A stretch of DNA of 64,000 nucleotides, taken from assembly GCA_050259235.1 (NCBI GenBank), contig JBLNAG010000004.1, positions 8,591 through 72,590 on the forward strand, given 5' to 3'. Shown here one piece after another: positions 20,985 to 30,422 of this stretch. The notes beneath the pieces are model-generated. The model ran no database searches. It saw only the letters and a program-made list of their open reading frames with translations, and was not told the origin of the DNA. Numbering within the stretch: the first letter of the stretch is position 1; the number at the start of each line of letters is the position of its first letter. Origin of the DNA: Ignavibacteriales bacterium. Lineage in GTDB: Bacteria; Bacillota_I; Bacilli_A; RF39; UBA660. The translations under genes were made by a program, and so were the position numbers.

Positions 20985-21869
20985 ATGAATAAAGTTATTG
21001 TTATTGTAGGTCCTACAGGAGTAGGAAAAACAAAATTAAGCACTATTTTAGCTAAAAAACTAGATGGTGAAATTATTAATGCTGATAGTACTCAAGTATA
21101 TAAAGGTTTAGATATAGCTACTGCAAAAGTAACAAAAAAAGAACAAGAAAATATTCCTCACCATTTATTTGATATTAAAAATGTAGAAGAAGATTATACT
21201 GTTTATGATTATCAAAAGGATTCTAGATCCAAGATAGAAGAAATATTAGCTAAAAATAAAACTCCTATTATGGTAGGAGGTACTGGTTTATATATCAAAG
21301 CTAGTCTATATAATTATGACTTTAATGAAGAACAAATAAAATATAATTATGATAGTTTTTCTAATGATGAGTTATATGAAAAATTATTAGTTATTGATCC
21401 TAATACTACTATTCATAAGAATAATCGTAAAAGAGTAGAAAGAGCTTTAAATTATTATGAAATTAATCATCAAGTATTAAGTTCTAAAAATAAAAGTGAA
21501 AGATTATTATATGATGCAATTATTATTGGTTTAACATTAGATCGTAATATATTATATACAAGAATTAATGAGCGAGTAGATCAAATGGTTAATAATGGCT
21601 TAATCGAAGAAGCTAAACATTTATATCAAAGTAATATTCGAACTAAAGCAGTTTTGACACCCATTGGATATAAAGAATTATTTGAATATTTTGATGGTCA
21701 AAAAGAATTAAGTGAGTGTATTGAACTAATTAAACAAAAGAGTAGGAAGTATGCTAAAAGACAATATACTTGGTTTAATAATCAAATGAATGTTAAATGG
21801 TTTAATGTTAATTTAGAAAACTTTGATGATACGGTTAATGAAATATTAGAATATATTAAAAGATATTAA
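20985..21869 (+). CDS. miaA: tRNA dimethylallyltransferase
   Basis: IVGPTGVGKTKLS, IINADSTQVYKGLDIATAK and GGTGLY. Confidence 0.9.
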   Translation: MNKVIVIVGPTGVGKTKLSTILAKKLDGEIINADSTQVYKGLDIATAKVTKKEQENIPHHLFDIKNVEEDYTVYDYQKDSRSKIEEILAKNKTPIMVGGTGLYIKASLYNYDFNEEQIKYNYDSFSNDELYEKLLVIDPNTTIHKNNRKRVERALNYYEINHQVLSSKNKSERLLYDAIIIGLTLDRNILYTRINERVDQMVNNGLIEEAKHLYQSNIRTKAVLTPIGYKELFEYFDGQKELSECIELIKQKSRKYAKRQYTWFNNQMNVKWFNVNLENFDDTVNEILEYIKRY

Positions 21870-23554
21870 GCAGGAAGCTTAATATCTTTTTTTACATTCA
21901 TAATTACTGGTAGGATAATTGGTTTTCTACCGGTTTTATCATATATATATGGTGTTAAAGATAAAATAATTTCATTTTTAACATCAGCATAATTTATAGG
22001 TGTCTTAAGTTTTGATGTAATAGCTTTCTTACTGATATCTTCTAATTGTTTTAATAATTCAGTGTTATCATTTACTAATACGAATCCTCTTGTTGTAATA
22101 TTAACTTTACCTAATAATTCGTTAGTAGTAGCATCTAAATTAGCAATAACAATAACAATTCCATCACTAGCCATTACTTTTCTATCCTTCATAACAGCAT
22201 TACTTACATCACCTATGCGATTACCATCGACATAAACATCTCCAGCTTGAATGAAACCTGATCTTTTTACATTACCCTTATATAATGATAATACTTCACC
22301 ATTACCTAAAACAAAAGTGTTTTCTTTTGGAATACCACATTCAATGGCTATATCAGCATGTTTTTTTAACATACGATATTCACCATGAAATGGCATAACA
22401 TATTTAGGCATGATTAGTCTAATCATTAATTTTAGTTCTTCAGTACTACCATGTCCACTAGTATGAATATCACTTAAAGATGTATTAGTATATACTTCTA
22501 CACCTTGTAGATATAATTTATTAATAGTTCTTGAAATACTTAAAGCATTTCCTGGTATTGCTGAAGAAGAGAATATTACAAGATCATCTGGTTGTAATTT
22601 AATTTGACGGTGATTACCATTAGCAATTCTGCTTAGGGCAGCTAAAGGTTCTCCTTGGCTACCTGTACAAAGTAAACATACTTTATCTGGTGCCATTTTG
22701 ACAGCTTCTTCAGGAGTAACAAATACATCTTTATTTGTAATATATCCTCCTTGAATAGAAATATCAAGATTTTGTTCCATACTTCTACCAAAAGTAGCCA
22801 CCTTACGACCATTTCGTTTACAAGTATCGATAATATGTTTTAAACGATAAATATTAGAAGCAAAAGTAGCAATTATTATTCTACCTTTATGTCTAGTAAA
22901 AATATCAGATAAAGCTTCGTCAACTTTAGTTTCACTCATTGAAAAACCTTCATTTAAAGCATTAGTACTATCACTTAATAATAGTGATACACCTTTCTTA
23001 CCAATTTCGGCCATTTTATGTAAATTAGCCATCGGACCAATTGGTGTTAAGTCAAATTTAAAGTCACCTGTTGCTACAATAGTACCATTTGGTGTATGCA
23101 CACAAATTCCATGTGAATCTGGTATTGAGTGAGTAGTTCTAAAAAACTCAACCTCAATATTTTTAAATTTAACTTTTAAATCTTCTGTTAAAACTTGAAT
23201 ATTTTTAAACTGAATATTTCTTTCCTCTAATTTCTTCTTAATCAAACCAATTGCTTGATTAGGTGCATAAATTATTGGAATATTAACCGATTGTAATAAA
23301 AAAGGTATTCCTCCGATATGATCTTCATGACCATGGGTAATAAATAATGCTTTTATTTTAGCTTCGTTTTTCTTTAAAAAAGTAAAATCAGGAATAACAT
23401 AATCGATTCCCATTAATTCCCCCGCAGGGAAAGTCACACCCGCATCCATAATAATTATTTCATTATTATGCATTACACAATACATATTTTTTCCTACTTC
23501 ACCAAGCCCACCTAAAGCAAATACTTTAGTATCTCCGCCTTCGAAAAATTTCAT
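21866..23554 (-). CDS. rnj: ribonuclease J
   Basis: FALGGLGEVGKNMY and the metallo-beta-lactamase motif THGHEDHIGG, with a beta-CASP region. 562 aa. Confidence 0.9.
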   Translation of the reverse strand: MKFFEGGDTKVFALGGLGEVGKNMYCVMHNNEIIIMDAGVTFPAGELMGIDYVIPDFTFLKKNEAKIKALFITHGHEDHIGGIPFLLQSVNIPIIYAPNQAIGLIKKKLEERNIQFKNIQVLTEDLKVKFKNIEVEFFRTTHSIPDSHGICVHTPNGTIVATGDFKFDLTPIGPMANLHKMAEIGKKGVSLLLSDSTNALNEGFSMSETKVDEALSDIFTRHKGRIIIATFASNIYRLKHIIDTCKRNGRKVATFGRSMEQNLDISIQGGYITNKDVFVTPEEAVKMAPDKVCLLCTGSQGEPLAALSRIANGNHRQIKLQPDDLVIFSSSAIPGNALSISRTINKLYLQGVEVYTNTSLSDIHTSGHGSTEELKLMIRLIMPKYVMPFHGEYRMLKKHADIAIECGIPKENTFVLGNGEVLSLYKGNVKRSGFIQAGDVYVDGNRIGDVSNAVMKDRKVMASDGIVIVIANLDATTNELLGKVNITTRGFVLVNDNTELLKQLEDISKKAITSKLKTPINYADVKNEIILSLTPYIYDKTGRKPIILPVIMNVKKDIKLPA

Positions 23555-23723
23555 ATAAACTCCTTTCTATATAAATTCATAAAAATTTAACTATACCATT
23601 ATATCTTTTTTTTTATCCTTTGTCTAGTAATGAGACATAAATAAATAATAACAAATTTATTTTTATACTAGTATTTTAATAATAAGTAGTGTAAAATGTA
23701 TATTGTAATAGTGGGTGAAAAGT

Positions 23724-24710
23724 ATGGGGTTATTTGATAAATTCAAGAAAATTTTCAATATTGATAATAACAAAGATATCCATGTTTATGAAAAAGGATT
23801 AGAAAAAACTAGAAATGACTTTGTTTCAAAGTTAAATCTTCTAAATAGTAAATATAAAAAGGTTAATAATGAATACTTTGAAGAACTAGAAGAAATATTA
23901 ATTATGGCTGATATTGGGGTAAATACAGTCATGGAATTTATCGATCGTTTAAAGAAAAGAGTTAAGAGTGAAAATATTACTTCCTCAGAAGATTTAAAAG
24001 AAGTAATTGTCGATGAAATGTTTATTATATATATTAACAATGAAGTTCTTGTAAATAAAATTAATTATAGTGAATCTGGACCTACAGTAATATTATTTGT
24101 AGGAGTAAATGGAGTAGGCAAAACAACTACTATTGGTAAGATAGCTCATAAGTTAATTAATGAAAATAAAAAAGTAATGATGATTGCTGGTGATACTTTT
24201 AGAGCAGGTGCTACTGAACAATTAGCTGTTTGGGGGGACCGAGTTAATTGTAAGGTTATTACTAAAGAAACAAGTGATGCTGCTAGTGTTATCTATGATG
24301 GATTAAAAGAAGCTAAAGAAGAAAATTATGATGTAGTTCTAATAGATACAGCAGGTAGACTTCAAAATAAAGTTAATTTAATGAATGAATTAGAAAAAAT
24401 TAATAAAGTAATAGGTAATTTAATACCTAATGCTCCACATGAAACTTTATTAGTTATTGATGCTACTACTGGACAAAATGGTATTAGTCAAGCAAAAAGT
24501 TTTAAAGAAATTACTAATATTACAGGAATTGTTTTAACTAAGTTAGATGGTACAGCTAAAGGTGGTATTGTTCTAGCTATTAAAGAGAGTGTTGGTATTC
24601 CAGTAAAATTTGTTGGCTTAGGTGAAAAAAAAGAAGATTTACAGGTTTTTGATATTGAAAAATACATCTATGGATTATTCAAAGATTTAGTAGGTGAAAA
24701 AAATGAGTAG
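23724..24710 (+). CDS. ftsY: signal recognition particle receptor FtsY
   Basis: GVNGVGKTTT, DTAGR and TKLDGTAKGG. Confidence 0.9.
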   Translation: MGLFDKFKKIFNIDNNKDIHVYEKGLEKTRNDFVSKLNLLNSKYKKVNNEYFEELEEILIMADIGVNTVMEFIDRLKKRVKSENITSSEDLKEVIVDEMFIIYINNEVLVNKINYSESGPTVILFVGVNGVGKTTTIGKIAHKLINENKKVMMIAGDTFRAGATEQLAVWGDRVNCKVITKETSDAASVIYDGLKEAKEENYDVVLIDTAGRLQNKVNLMNELEKINKVIGNLIPNAPHETLLVIDATTGQNGISQAKSFKEITNITGIVLTKLDGTAKGGIVLAIKESVGIPVKFVGLGEKKEDLQVFDIEKYIYGLFKDLVGEKNE

Positions 24711-24960
24711 TAAAAAAACATTTGCCATTAATGAAATATCTATTTTTATTCAAATATGTTTAGGATTATTTGCTATTATATGGGCAGTTATATCATTATT
24801 TGAAAATAAATTTTTATCAATTGCAGAAATATGCTTAAGTTTGTCATTATTTTTTATGGCATATAATAATCATAAAATATATCGTAAGAAGAATGCTACA
24901 TTCATTTATATTTTATTGGGAGTAGGGTTACTTTTAGTAGCAATTGGTATATTGATATGA
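24703..24960 (+). CDS. small membrane protein (unknown function) between ftsY and ylxM
   Basis: ATG follows AGGTGA and overlaps the ftsY stop. Three hydrophobic segments. The stop overlaps the ylxM start (ATGA). Confidence 0.45.
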   Translation: MSSKKTFAINEISIFIQICLGLFAIIWAVISLFENKFLSIAEICLSLSLFFMAYNNHKIYRKKNATFIYILLGVGLLLVAIGILI

Positions 24961-25250
24961 TAGAAAATAAGTTTTATATTATTGATTTATATGATTATTA
25001 TAGAGAACTTCTAACAGATAAACAAAGAAACTATTTTGAAGATTACTACTTTAATAATCTAACACTTAGTGAAATTGCGGAAAATAATAGTATTAGTAGA
25101 AATGCTATTCATAAACAATTAAAAGAAGTAGTTAATAAAATACTTCTTTATGAAGAAAAATTATGTTTATATAATAAAAAAATTAAAATTGAAAAGATAA
25201 TTAAAAATTTAGATAAAGAAATAAAAGAAAAAATAGAAGAATTAATATAA
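24957..25250 (+). CDS. ylxM: YlxM/UPF0122 helix-turn-helix protein (SRP operon associated)
   Basis: LYDYYRELLTDKQRNYFEDYYFNNLTLSEIAENNSISRNAIH is the UPF0122 signature. Confidence 0.85.
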   Translation: MIENKFYIIDLYDYYRELLTDKQRNYFEDYYFNNLTLSEIAENNSISRNAIHKQLKEVVNKILLYEEKLCLYNKKIKIEKIIKNLDKEIKEKIEELI

Positions 25251-25263
25251 AAAGGGTGATTTT

Positions 25264-27030
25264 ATGTTTGGAAAAATAGTCTATATTAGTAATAATGTTG
25301 CGCATGTTAAAATAGGTGATAAAGATTTATTATCAACCAATTTAATGAATTTTCACGTTGTTTTTGAAAATGAAGGAAAAAGAATATTAGGAGAAATTGA
25401 AGATATTGGTGAAGATGTCATCAAAATTAGTTTTTTAGGTGAGTTTATTGATAATCACTTTGTAGGTGGTATTCTTCATAAGCCATCTCTTTCATCAATG
25501 GTTAGAGTTATAAATAAAGATGAAATTAAACTGATTGTAGGAGAAAAATCACCTGGCAGTATGGAATTAGGAATAAGTCCACTATATGATGATTGTTCAA
25601 TTATGTTAGATATAAATAATTTCTTTAGTAACCACTTTGCTATATTTGGTAATACTGGTAGTGGTAAATCATGTGGTGTGGCTAGACTTGTTCAAAATTT
25701 ATTTGGAAATTCTAGTTTAATGCCATATCGAGCTAATATATTTATATTTGATGCTTATAGTGAATATCATAGTGCATTTAAAGAAATTGATAAAATAAAT
25801 CCTAATTATAAGTTTAAATTTTTTTCTACAGGGGAAGAAACAGATGAAGAACATAAACTTAGAATTCCTTTATGGTTATTAGATGTTGATGATATAGCAT
25901 TACTATTAAATGCTAATGATCATGCTCAATTACCAATCATAGAAAGAATGTTAAAACTTGCTAATATTTTTGCTGGTTCAAGTGAAGATGCTTTAAAATA
26001 TAAGAACCATTTAATTGCTAGTGCAATTATGGCTATTCTTTATACTAATCAAACTTCACCCGCTAAGAGAAATGATGTATTTTCTATTTTAGCTAGTTGT
26101 TCAACAGCACAATTTAATTTAGAAGCTCCTGTTCAAGGAATAGGATATACTAGATCATTTAGAGATTGCTTTATAATTGATACATCTGGACAATTTCCTG
26201 AAAGTAACTTAATGACACAATATGTATCATCATTTATTGATGAAAAATTAAACGATTTTGATCCAACAGGTATTAATTTTTATACTTTGGAAGATTTAGA
26301 AAAAGCCCTTAACTTTACATTAATTTCAGAAGGGTTACTTAGAAATGAAAAATCATTTAATGCAGCTATTACTTTAAAGGTTAGACTTCATTCATTAGCA
26401 ATTAGTAAAGAAGCACAATTCTTTAGATATCCTCGTTTTATAACAGCACAAAATTTTATTGCTTCTTTAGTTAGTGATGATGGTAAAAAAGCTCAAATTG
26501 TTAACTTTAGTTTGGAAGATATTGATGATGCTTTAGGTAAAGTTATAACTAAGATATTTACTAAAATGTTATTTGTATTTACTAAAGCTTTAGGTTCAAG
26601 AGCATCTATACCATTTCATATTTTTCTAGAAGAATCACACAGGTATGTTCAAAATGATGGAGATAGGTTCTTAATTGGATATAATATTTTTGAAAGAGTC
26701 GCAAAAGAAGGAAGAAAATATGGGTTAATGCTTAACTTGATTTCACAAAGACCTGTTGAATTATCTGATACTGTTATTTCACAATGTAGTAACTTCTTAA
26801 TTTTTAGAATGAATCACCCACGTGATATTGAATATATTCGTAAGATGTTACCAAATATTAGTTCTGAAATTGTAGAAAAACAAAAGAGTCTTCAACCTGG
26901 TACTTGTGTAGCGTTTGGTAAAGCATTTAAGGTTCCGATGATTGTTAAAATGGAAATGCCTAATCCTGAACCATATAGTGCTAACTGTGATGTTGTTCAA
27001 ACATGGGCAGTAAGAAATGGAGTACAATAG
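25264..27030 (+). CDS. HerA/DUF87-like P-loop ATPase, paralog 1
   Basis: N-terminal barrel-like region, Walker A GNTGSGKS, Walker B-like IFLEESHRYV, KEGRKYG and ISQRP. Collinear with the 43653-45425 ORF. Confidence 0.7.
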   Translation: MFGKIVYISNNVAHVKIGDKDLLSTNLMNFHVVFENEGKRILGEIEDIGEDVIKISFLGEFIDNHFVGGILHKPSLSSMVRVINKDEIKLIVGEKSPGSMELGISPLYDDCSIMLDINNFFSNHFAIFGNTGSGKSCGVARLVQNLFGNSSLMPYRANIFIFDAYSEYHSAFKEIDKINPNYKFKFFSTGEETDEEHKLRIPLWLLDVDDIALLLNANDHAQLPIIERMLKLANIFAGSSEDALKYKNHLIASAIMAILYTNQTSPAKRNDVFSILASCSTAQFNLEAPVQGIGYTRSFRDCFIIDTSGQFPESNLMTQYVSSFIDEKLNDFDPTGINFYTLEDLEKALNFTLISEGLLRNEKSFNAAITLKVRLHSLAISKEAQFFRYPRFITAQNFIASLVSDDGKKAQIVNFSLEDIDDALGKVITKIFTKMLFVFTKALGSRASIPFHIFLEESHRYVQNDGDRFLIGYNIFERVAKEGRKYGLMLNLISQRPVELSDTVISQCSNFLIFRMNHPRDIEYIRKMLPNISSEIVEKQKSLQPGTCVAFGKAFKVPMIVKMEMPNPEPYSANCDVVQTWAVRNGVQ

Positions 27031-27090
27031 TACTCTTTTTTTGTTTTAAATACAATATAAATAGTGTATAATTATAAGTGGTGATTATAT

Positions 27091-28392
27091 ATGTTTGAAA
27101 ATTTAGGTAATAGATTACAAAATGCTATTAATAAGATAAAAGGTTATGGAAAAATAACTGAAGAAAATATTGGTGAAGTAACACGTGAGATTAGATTAGC
27201 TTTATTGGAAGCTGATGTTAACTACGTAGTTGTTAAAGAATTTATCAATAATGTAAAAGAAAAATCTTTAGGTGAAGAAGTAAGTAAAAGTTTAAAACCC
27301 GGTGAGTTATTCGTTAAAATTGTAAAAGATGAATTAGTAAATTTATTGGGTGGTGAAAAAAAAGAACTACACACTAGTGGTAATCCTAGCATATTAATGT
27401 TAGTAGGACTACAGGGGTCTGGTAAAACAACTACTATTGGTAAGTTAGGATTATTACTTCGAAAAAAATATAATAAAAAGCCATTATTAGTGGCTTGTGA
27501 TGTTTATAGACCTGCTGCTATTGATCAATTAAAACAAATAGGTAAACAATTAAATATTGATGTATATGAAGAAGGGGCTGGGAATCCAGTCGAAATAGCT
27601 AAAAATGCTATTAAGTATGCTAAAGAAAATAATTATAACTATGTTTTAATCGATACAGCAGGTAGACTTCATATTGATGAACTACTAATGGAAGAATTAC
27701 AAAATATTAATAGAGAAGTAAATGCTAATGAAATCCTACTAGTAGTTGATAGTATGACTGGACAAGATGCCATTAACGTTATTATAGGATTTAATGATAA
27801 ATTAAATCTTACTGGTGCTATTCTTACTAAATTAGATGGTGATACTAGAGGGGGAGCAGCTTTATCAATTAGACATTTAACTAATGTTCCAATTAAATTT
27901 ATTGGAGTTAGTGAAAAAATGGATGGGCTTGAAGAATTCTATCCAGATCGTATGGCAACTCGTATTTTAGGTATGGGCGACCTAATGAGTATGATAGAAA
28001 AAGCCGAAGAGGTTATCGATCAAGAAGAAGCTTTAGCTACTTCTAAAAAGATGCAAAAAGGTAAATTTGATTTAGAAGATTTCTTAAGTAGTTTAAGACA
28101 AATAAAAAAATTAGGACCTTTAGAAAACCTAATTAAGATGTTACCAGGAGCTTCAAAACTTGGTGATATAAAAATAGATCCTAAGGAATTAGCTCATATT
28201 GAAGCCATTATTTATTCAATGACTCCTTATGAAAGAAGACATCCTGAAATATTAAAAGCTACAAGAAAAATTCGTATAGCTAAGGGATCAGGTCAATCAG
28301 TAGAACAAGTTAATCAGTTATTAAAGAGATTTGAACAAATGAAAGTAATGATGAAACAATTTCAAAATGGTAATTTAAAGCTACCATTTTAA
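27091..28392 (+). CDS. ffh: signal recognition particle protein Ffh
   Basis: GLQGSGKTTT, DTAGR and TKLDGDTRGG, plus a Met-rich M domain. Confidence 0.95.
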   Translation: MFENLGNRLQNAINKIKGYGKITEENIGEVTREIRLALLEADVNYVVVKEFINNVKEKSLGEEVSKSLKPGELFVKIVKDELVNLLGGEKKELHTSGNPSILMLVGLQGSGKTTTIGKLGLLLRKKYNKKPLLVACDVYRPAAIDQLKQIGKQLNIDVYEEGAGNPVEIAKNAIKYAKENNYNYVLIDTAGRLHIDELLMEELQNINREVNANEILLVVDSMTGQDAINVIIGFNDKLNLTGAILTKLDGDTRGGAALSIRHLTNVPIKFIGVSEKMDGLEEFYPDRMATRILGMGDLMSMIEKAEEVIDQEEALATSKKMQKGKFDLEDFLSSLRQIKKLGPLENLIKMLPGASKLGDIKIDPKELAHIEAIIYSMTPYERRHPEILKATRKIRIAKGSGQSVEQVNQLLKRFEQMKVMMKQFQNGNLKLPF

Positions 28393-28501
28393 GGTAAATA
28401 AAATATATTCTATAAATTAATTATTTAAAACTCTAAATAATGTGTTTATTTATTTTTATTAAAAAGTGATTTATAATTACAAGTGAAAGGTTGTGAAATA
28501 T

Positions 28502-29188
28502 ATGAAAAAGATATTTATGTTTATTATAAGTATAATTACTATAGGGATGGTACTAGTTCCAAGTACAGTTAATGCTGAAGAAAAGGTAACAAATTTTGAG
28601 GAAACAATAAATGAGGAAATTACAACATTCCAAGGTCAAAATGGTTATGAAGAGTATGTTGATAAATTAAAAAAAGCAGATTTATCTAATTATAAAGAAA
28701 GTGATGATAAGATTAATGTATACATTTTTAGAGGTAATACATGTAGTTATTGTTTAAAAGCAATTGTATATTTTGCTAGTATTGCACCGGAATACGGTAA
28801 ATATTTTAATTTAGTAACATATGAAGTTTGGAATAATAGTGATAATGCCAATTTATTTAAAGAAACAGCTGCTTTTTTAAATGGAAGTGCAGATGGGGTT
28901 CCTTATATAATTATAGGAGAGAAAACGTTCAATGGTTATAGTGAATCAATGAACGCTGAAATTGAAGCTCAAATAAAAAAAGAGTATGAAAGCAGTAATA
29001 GATATGATGTTTTAAAGGAATTAAAAAATAATGGTGGTAAAGAAACAAATAGTAATAATAATATTTTAGGTCAATTTGCTATTACTTTAGAAATCGTTAT
29101 TGCTGTTGGATTAATTATGTATATTAATTTTAAAAATAATAAACTAAGAGAAGAACTTGAAAACATCAAAAAAAATAAAAAGCATTAG
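28502..29188 (+). CDS. secreted/membrane-anchored thioredoxin-fold protein (CxxC)
   Basis: Signal peptide, a CSYC motif, a GVPYIIIG cis-Pro-like element and a C-terminal TM segment. Confidence 0.6.
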   Translation: MKKIFMFIISIITIGMVLVPSTVNAEEKVTNFEETINEEITTFQGQNGYEEYVDKLKKADLSNYKESDDKINVYIFRGNTCSYCLKAIVYFASIAPEYGKYFNLVTYEVWNNSDNANLFKETAAFLNGSADGVPYIIIGEKTFNGYSESMNAEIEAQIKKEYESSNRYDVLKELKNNGGKETNSNNNILGQFAITLEIVIAVGLIMYINFKNNKLREELENIKKNKKH

Positions 29189-29240
29189 AATTTACTAATG
29201 ATAATATGTAATATATTATAAAATGGTACATATTGATGCT

Positions 29241-29262
29241 AAACGGAATAATCCGTTTTTTT
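29241..29262 (+). terminator. Rho-independent terminator
   Basis: AAACGGA-ATAA-TCCGTTT followed by a T-run. Confidence 0.6.
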
Positions 29263-29302
29263 ATGGGTAAAAAAATATTGATATTTTTTTTTCATATACA
29301 AG

Positions 29303-29368
29303 AAGTAATGATGAAACAACTTCAAAATGGTAATTTTAAACTACCTTTTTAAGGCAAATAACATATTC
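29303..29368 (+). repeat. diverged duplicate of the ffh 3' end (remnant encodes VMMKQLQNGNFKLPF-stop)
   Basis: About 66 nt near-identical to 28343-28410, which is the ffh C-terminus plus stop plus ~15 nt, with a handful of mismatches. Confidence 0.8.
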
Positions 29369-29414
29369 AACATTTTACCTCTATCATATTATAGAATAGA
29401 TAAGGGGGATAAAA

Positions 29415-29744
29415 ATGTTTAATAGAAAATGTTTTTGCAATCGTCAAATGGGTTATATGAATACTATGCCTATGCCTCAAATGTGGGGTGGAATGAATAA
29501 TACTCCTCATATGATGGAAGAAATGGAAGAAGCATCAGAAATGGGATGCGGATGTCCAGTTGTAGAACCTGCTGTTACAAAATGTGTACAAAGAGATTTT
29601 TGTCATCAAGTACCACATGTTTGCCCAGTTCATACACATGTAGTAAATCGTCATATCTACAATCATACCTATACACCACAATATTCATGCTCCGAAGAAA
29701 ACCAATGTATAAATGTTGGAAATACTGGGTGCTGTGGTTTTTAA
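29415..29744 (+). CDS. CotD-like Cys/His-rich spore coat protein
   Basis: RBS GGGGGA. HQVPHVCPVHTHVVNRHIYNHTY resembles the CotD family core. C-terminal CCGF. Confidence 0.55.
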   Translation: MFNRKCFCNRQMGYMNTMPMPQMWGGMNNTPHMMEEMEEASEMGCGCPVVEPAVTKCVQRDFCHQVPHVCPVHTHVVNRHIYNHTYTPQYSCSEENQCINVGNTGCCGF

Positions 29745-29753
29745 AAACAGACT

Positions 29754-30374
29754 CTAAGTCTGTTTTTTTATGTACTCTTCTAGAGTTAAATCATTATTAT
29801 AAATTTCGGTAGCAGGTTTAATTCCGACATAACGATAATGCCAAGGTTCATATTTATATCCTGTTATTTCTATTTTATCTTTAGGGTATCTCAAAATATA
29901 ACCATATTTATGAGCATTATCTTTCATCCAATTAAACTCAATGCTATCTTCAAATAAATCATAATCGTTATTTGATCCCATTACATCAATTGCTAAACCA
30001 GTTTGATGTTCTGAATATCCGGGTTTGGCAGAACAAAGTAGGGCATATTCTATTCCTTTGTTCTTAACATATTCATTATGTAATTCATATTGATATTTAT
30101 AATCACGATATGCAGACACTACAACAATTTTATATCCTAAAGCTAAAGCATCACTACTAAGTTTTTCATATTGTTGTTTAGCTTCATTTTTTAAATACTT
30201 ATTTTCATTTGAAAACTTTATATCTATATGTTCTAAATCACTAGGAACATAATCACTAGGTAAACCGTTTTCTTTATTAACCAATATTAAATTATCATTG
30301 ATAAAACCATCCTCCTTTATATACAATATAAATAAGATAATAATGACAATATAAATGAACCCACGGATATTCAT
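29754..30374 (-). CDS. D-alanyl-D-alanine carboxypeptidase, VanY/M15B family (paralog 1)
   Basis: SAYRDYKYQ, PGYSEHQTGLAIDV and EPWHYRYVG. N-terminal TM segment. Confidence 0.85.
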   Translation of the reverse strand: MNIRGFIYIVIIILFILYIKEDGFINDNLILVNKENGLPSDYVPSDLEHIDIKFSNENKYLKNEAKQQYEKLSSDALALGYKIVVVSAYRDYKYQYELHNEYVKNKGIEYALLCSAKPGYSEHQTGLAIDVMGSNNDYDLFEDSIEFNWMKDNAHKYGYILRYPKDKIEITGYKYEPWHYRYVGIKPATEIYNNDLTLEEYIKKQT

Positions 30375-30422
30375 AATATCACCATTACATTATATGTAAT
30401 AAATAAAAAAATAGGATTTATC

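Noticed and set aside
25264-27030. HerA-like ATPase as part of a known anti-phage system (Sir2-HerA, DUF4297-HerA) or a HerA-NurA pair.
   Set aside because: Neither paralog has an adjacent Sir2, DUF4297, NurA or other nuclease ORF on either strand. Both are flanked by core housekeeping genes.
29546-29812. 88-aa alternative-frame ORF overlapping the CotD-like gene.
   Set aside because: The CotD-like frame has a good RBS and a recognisable His/Cys motif, whereas this frame has neither.
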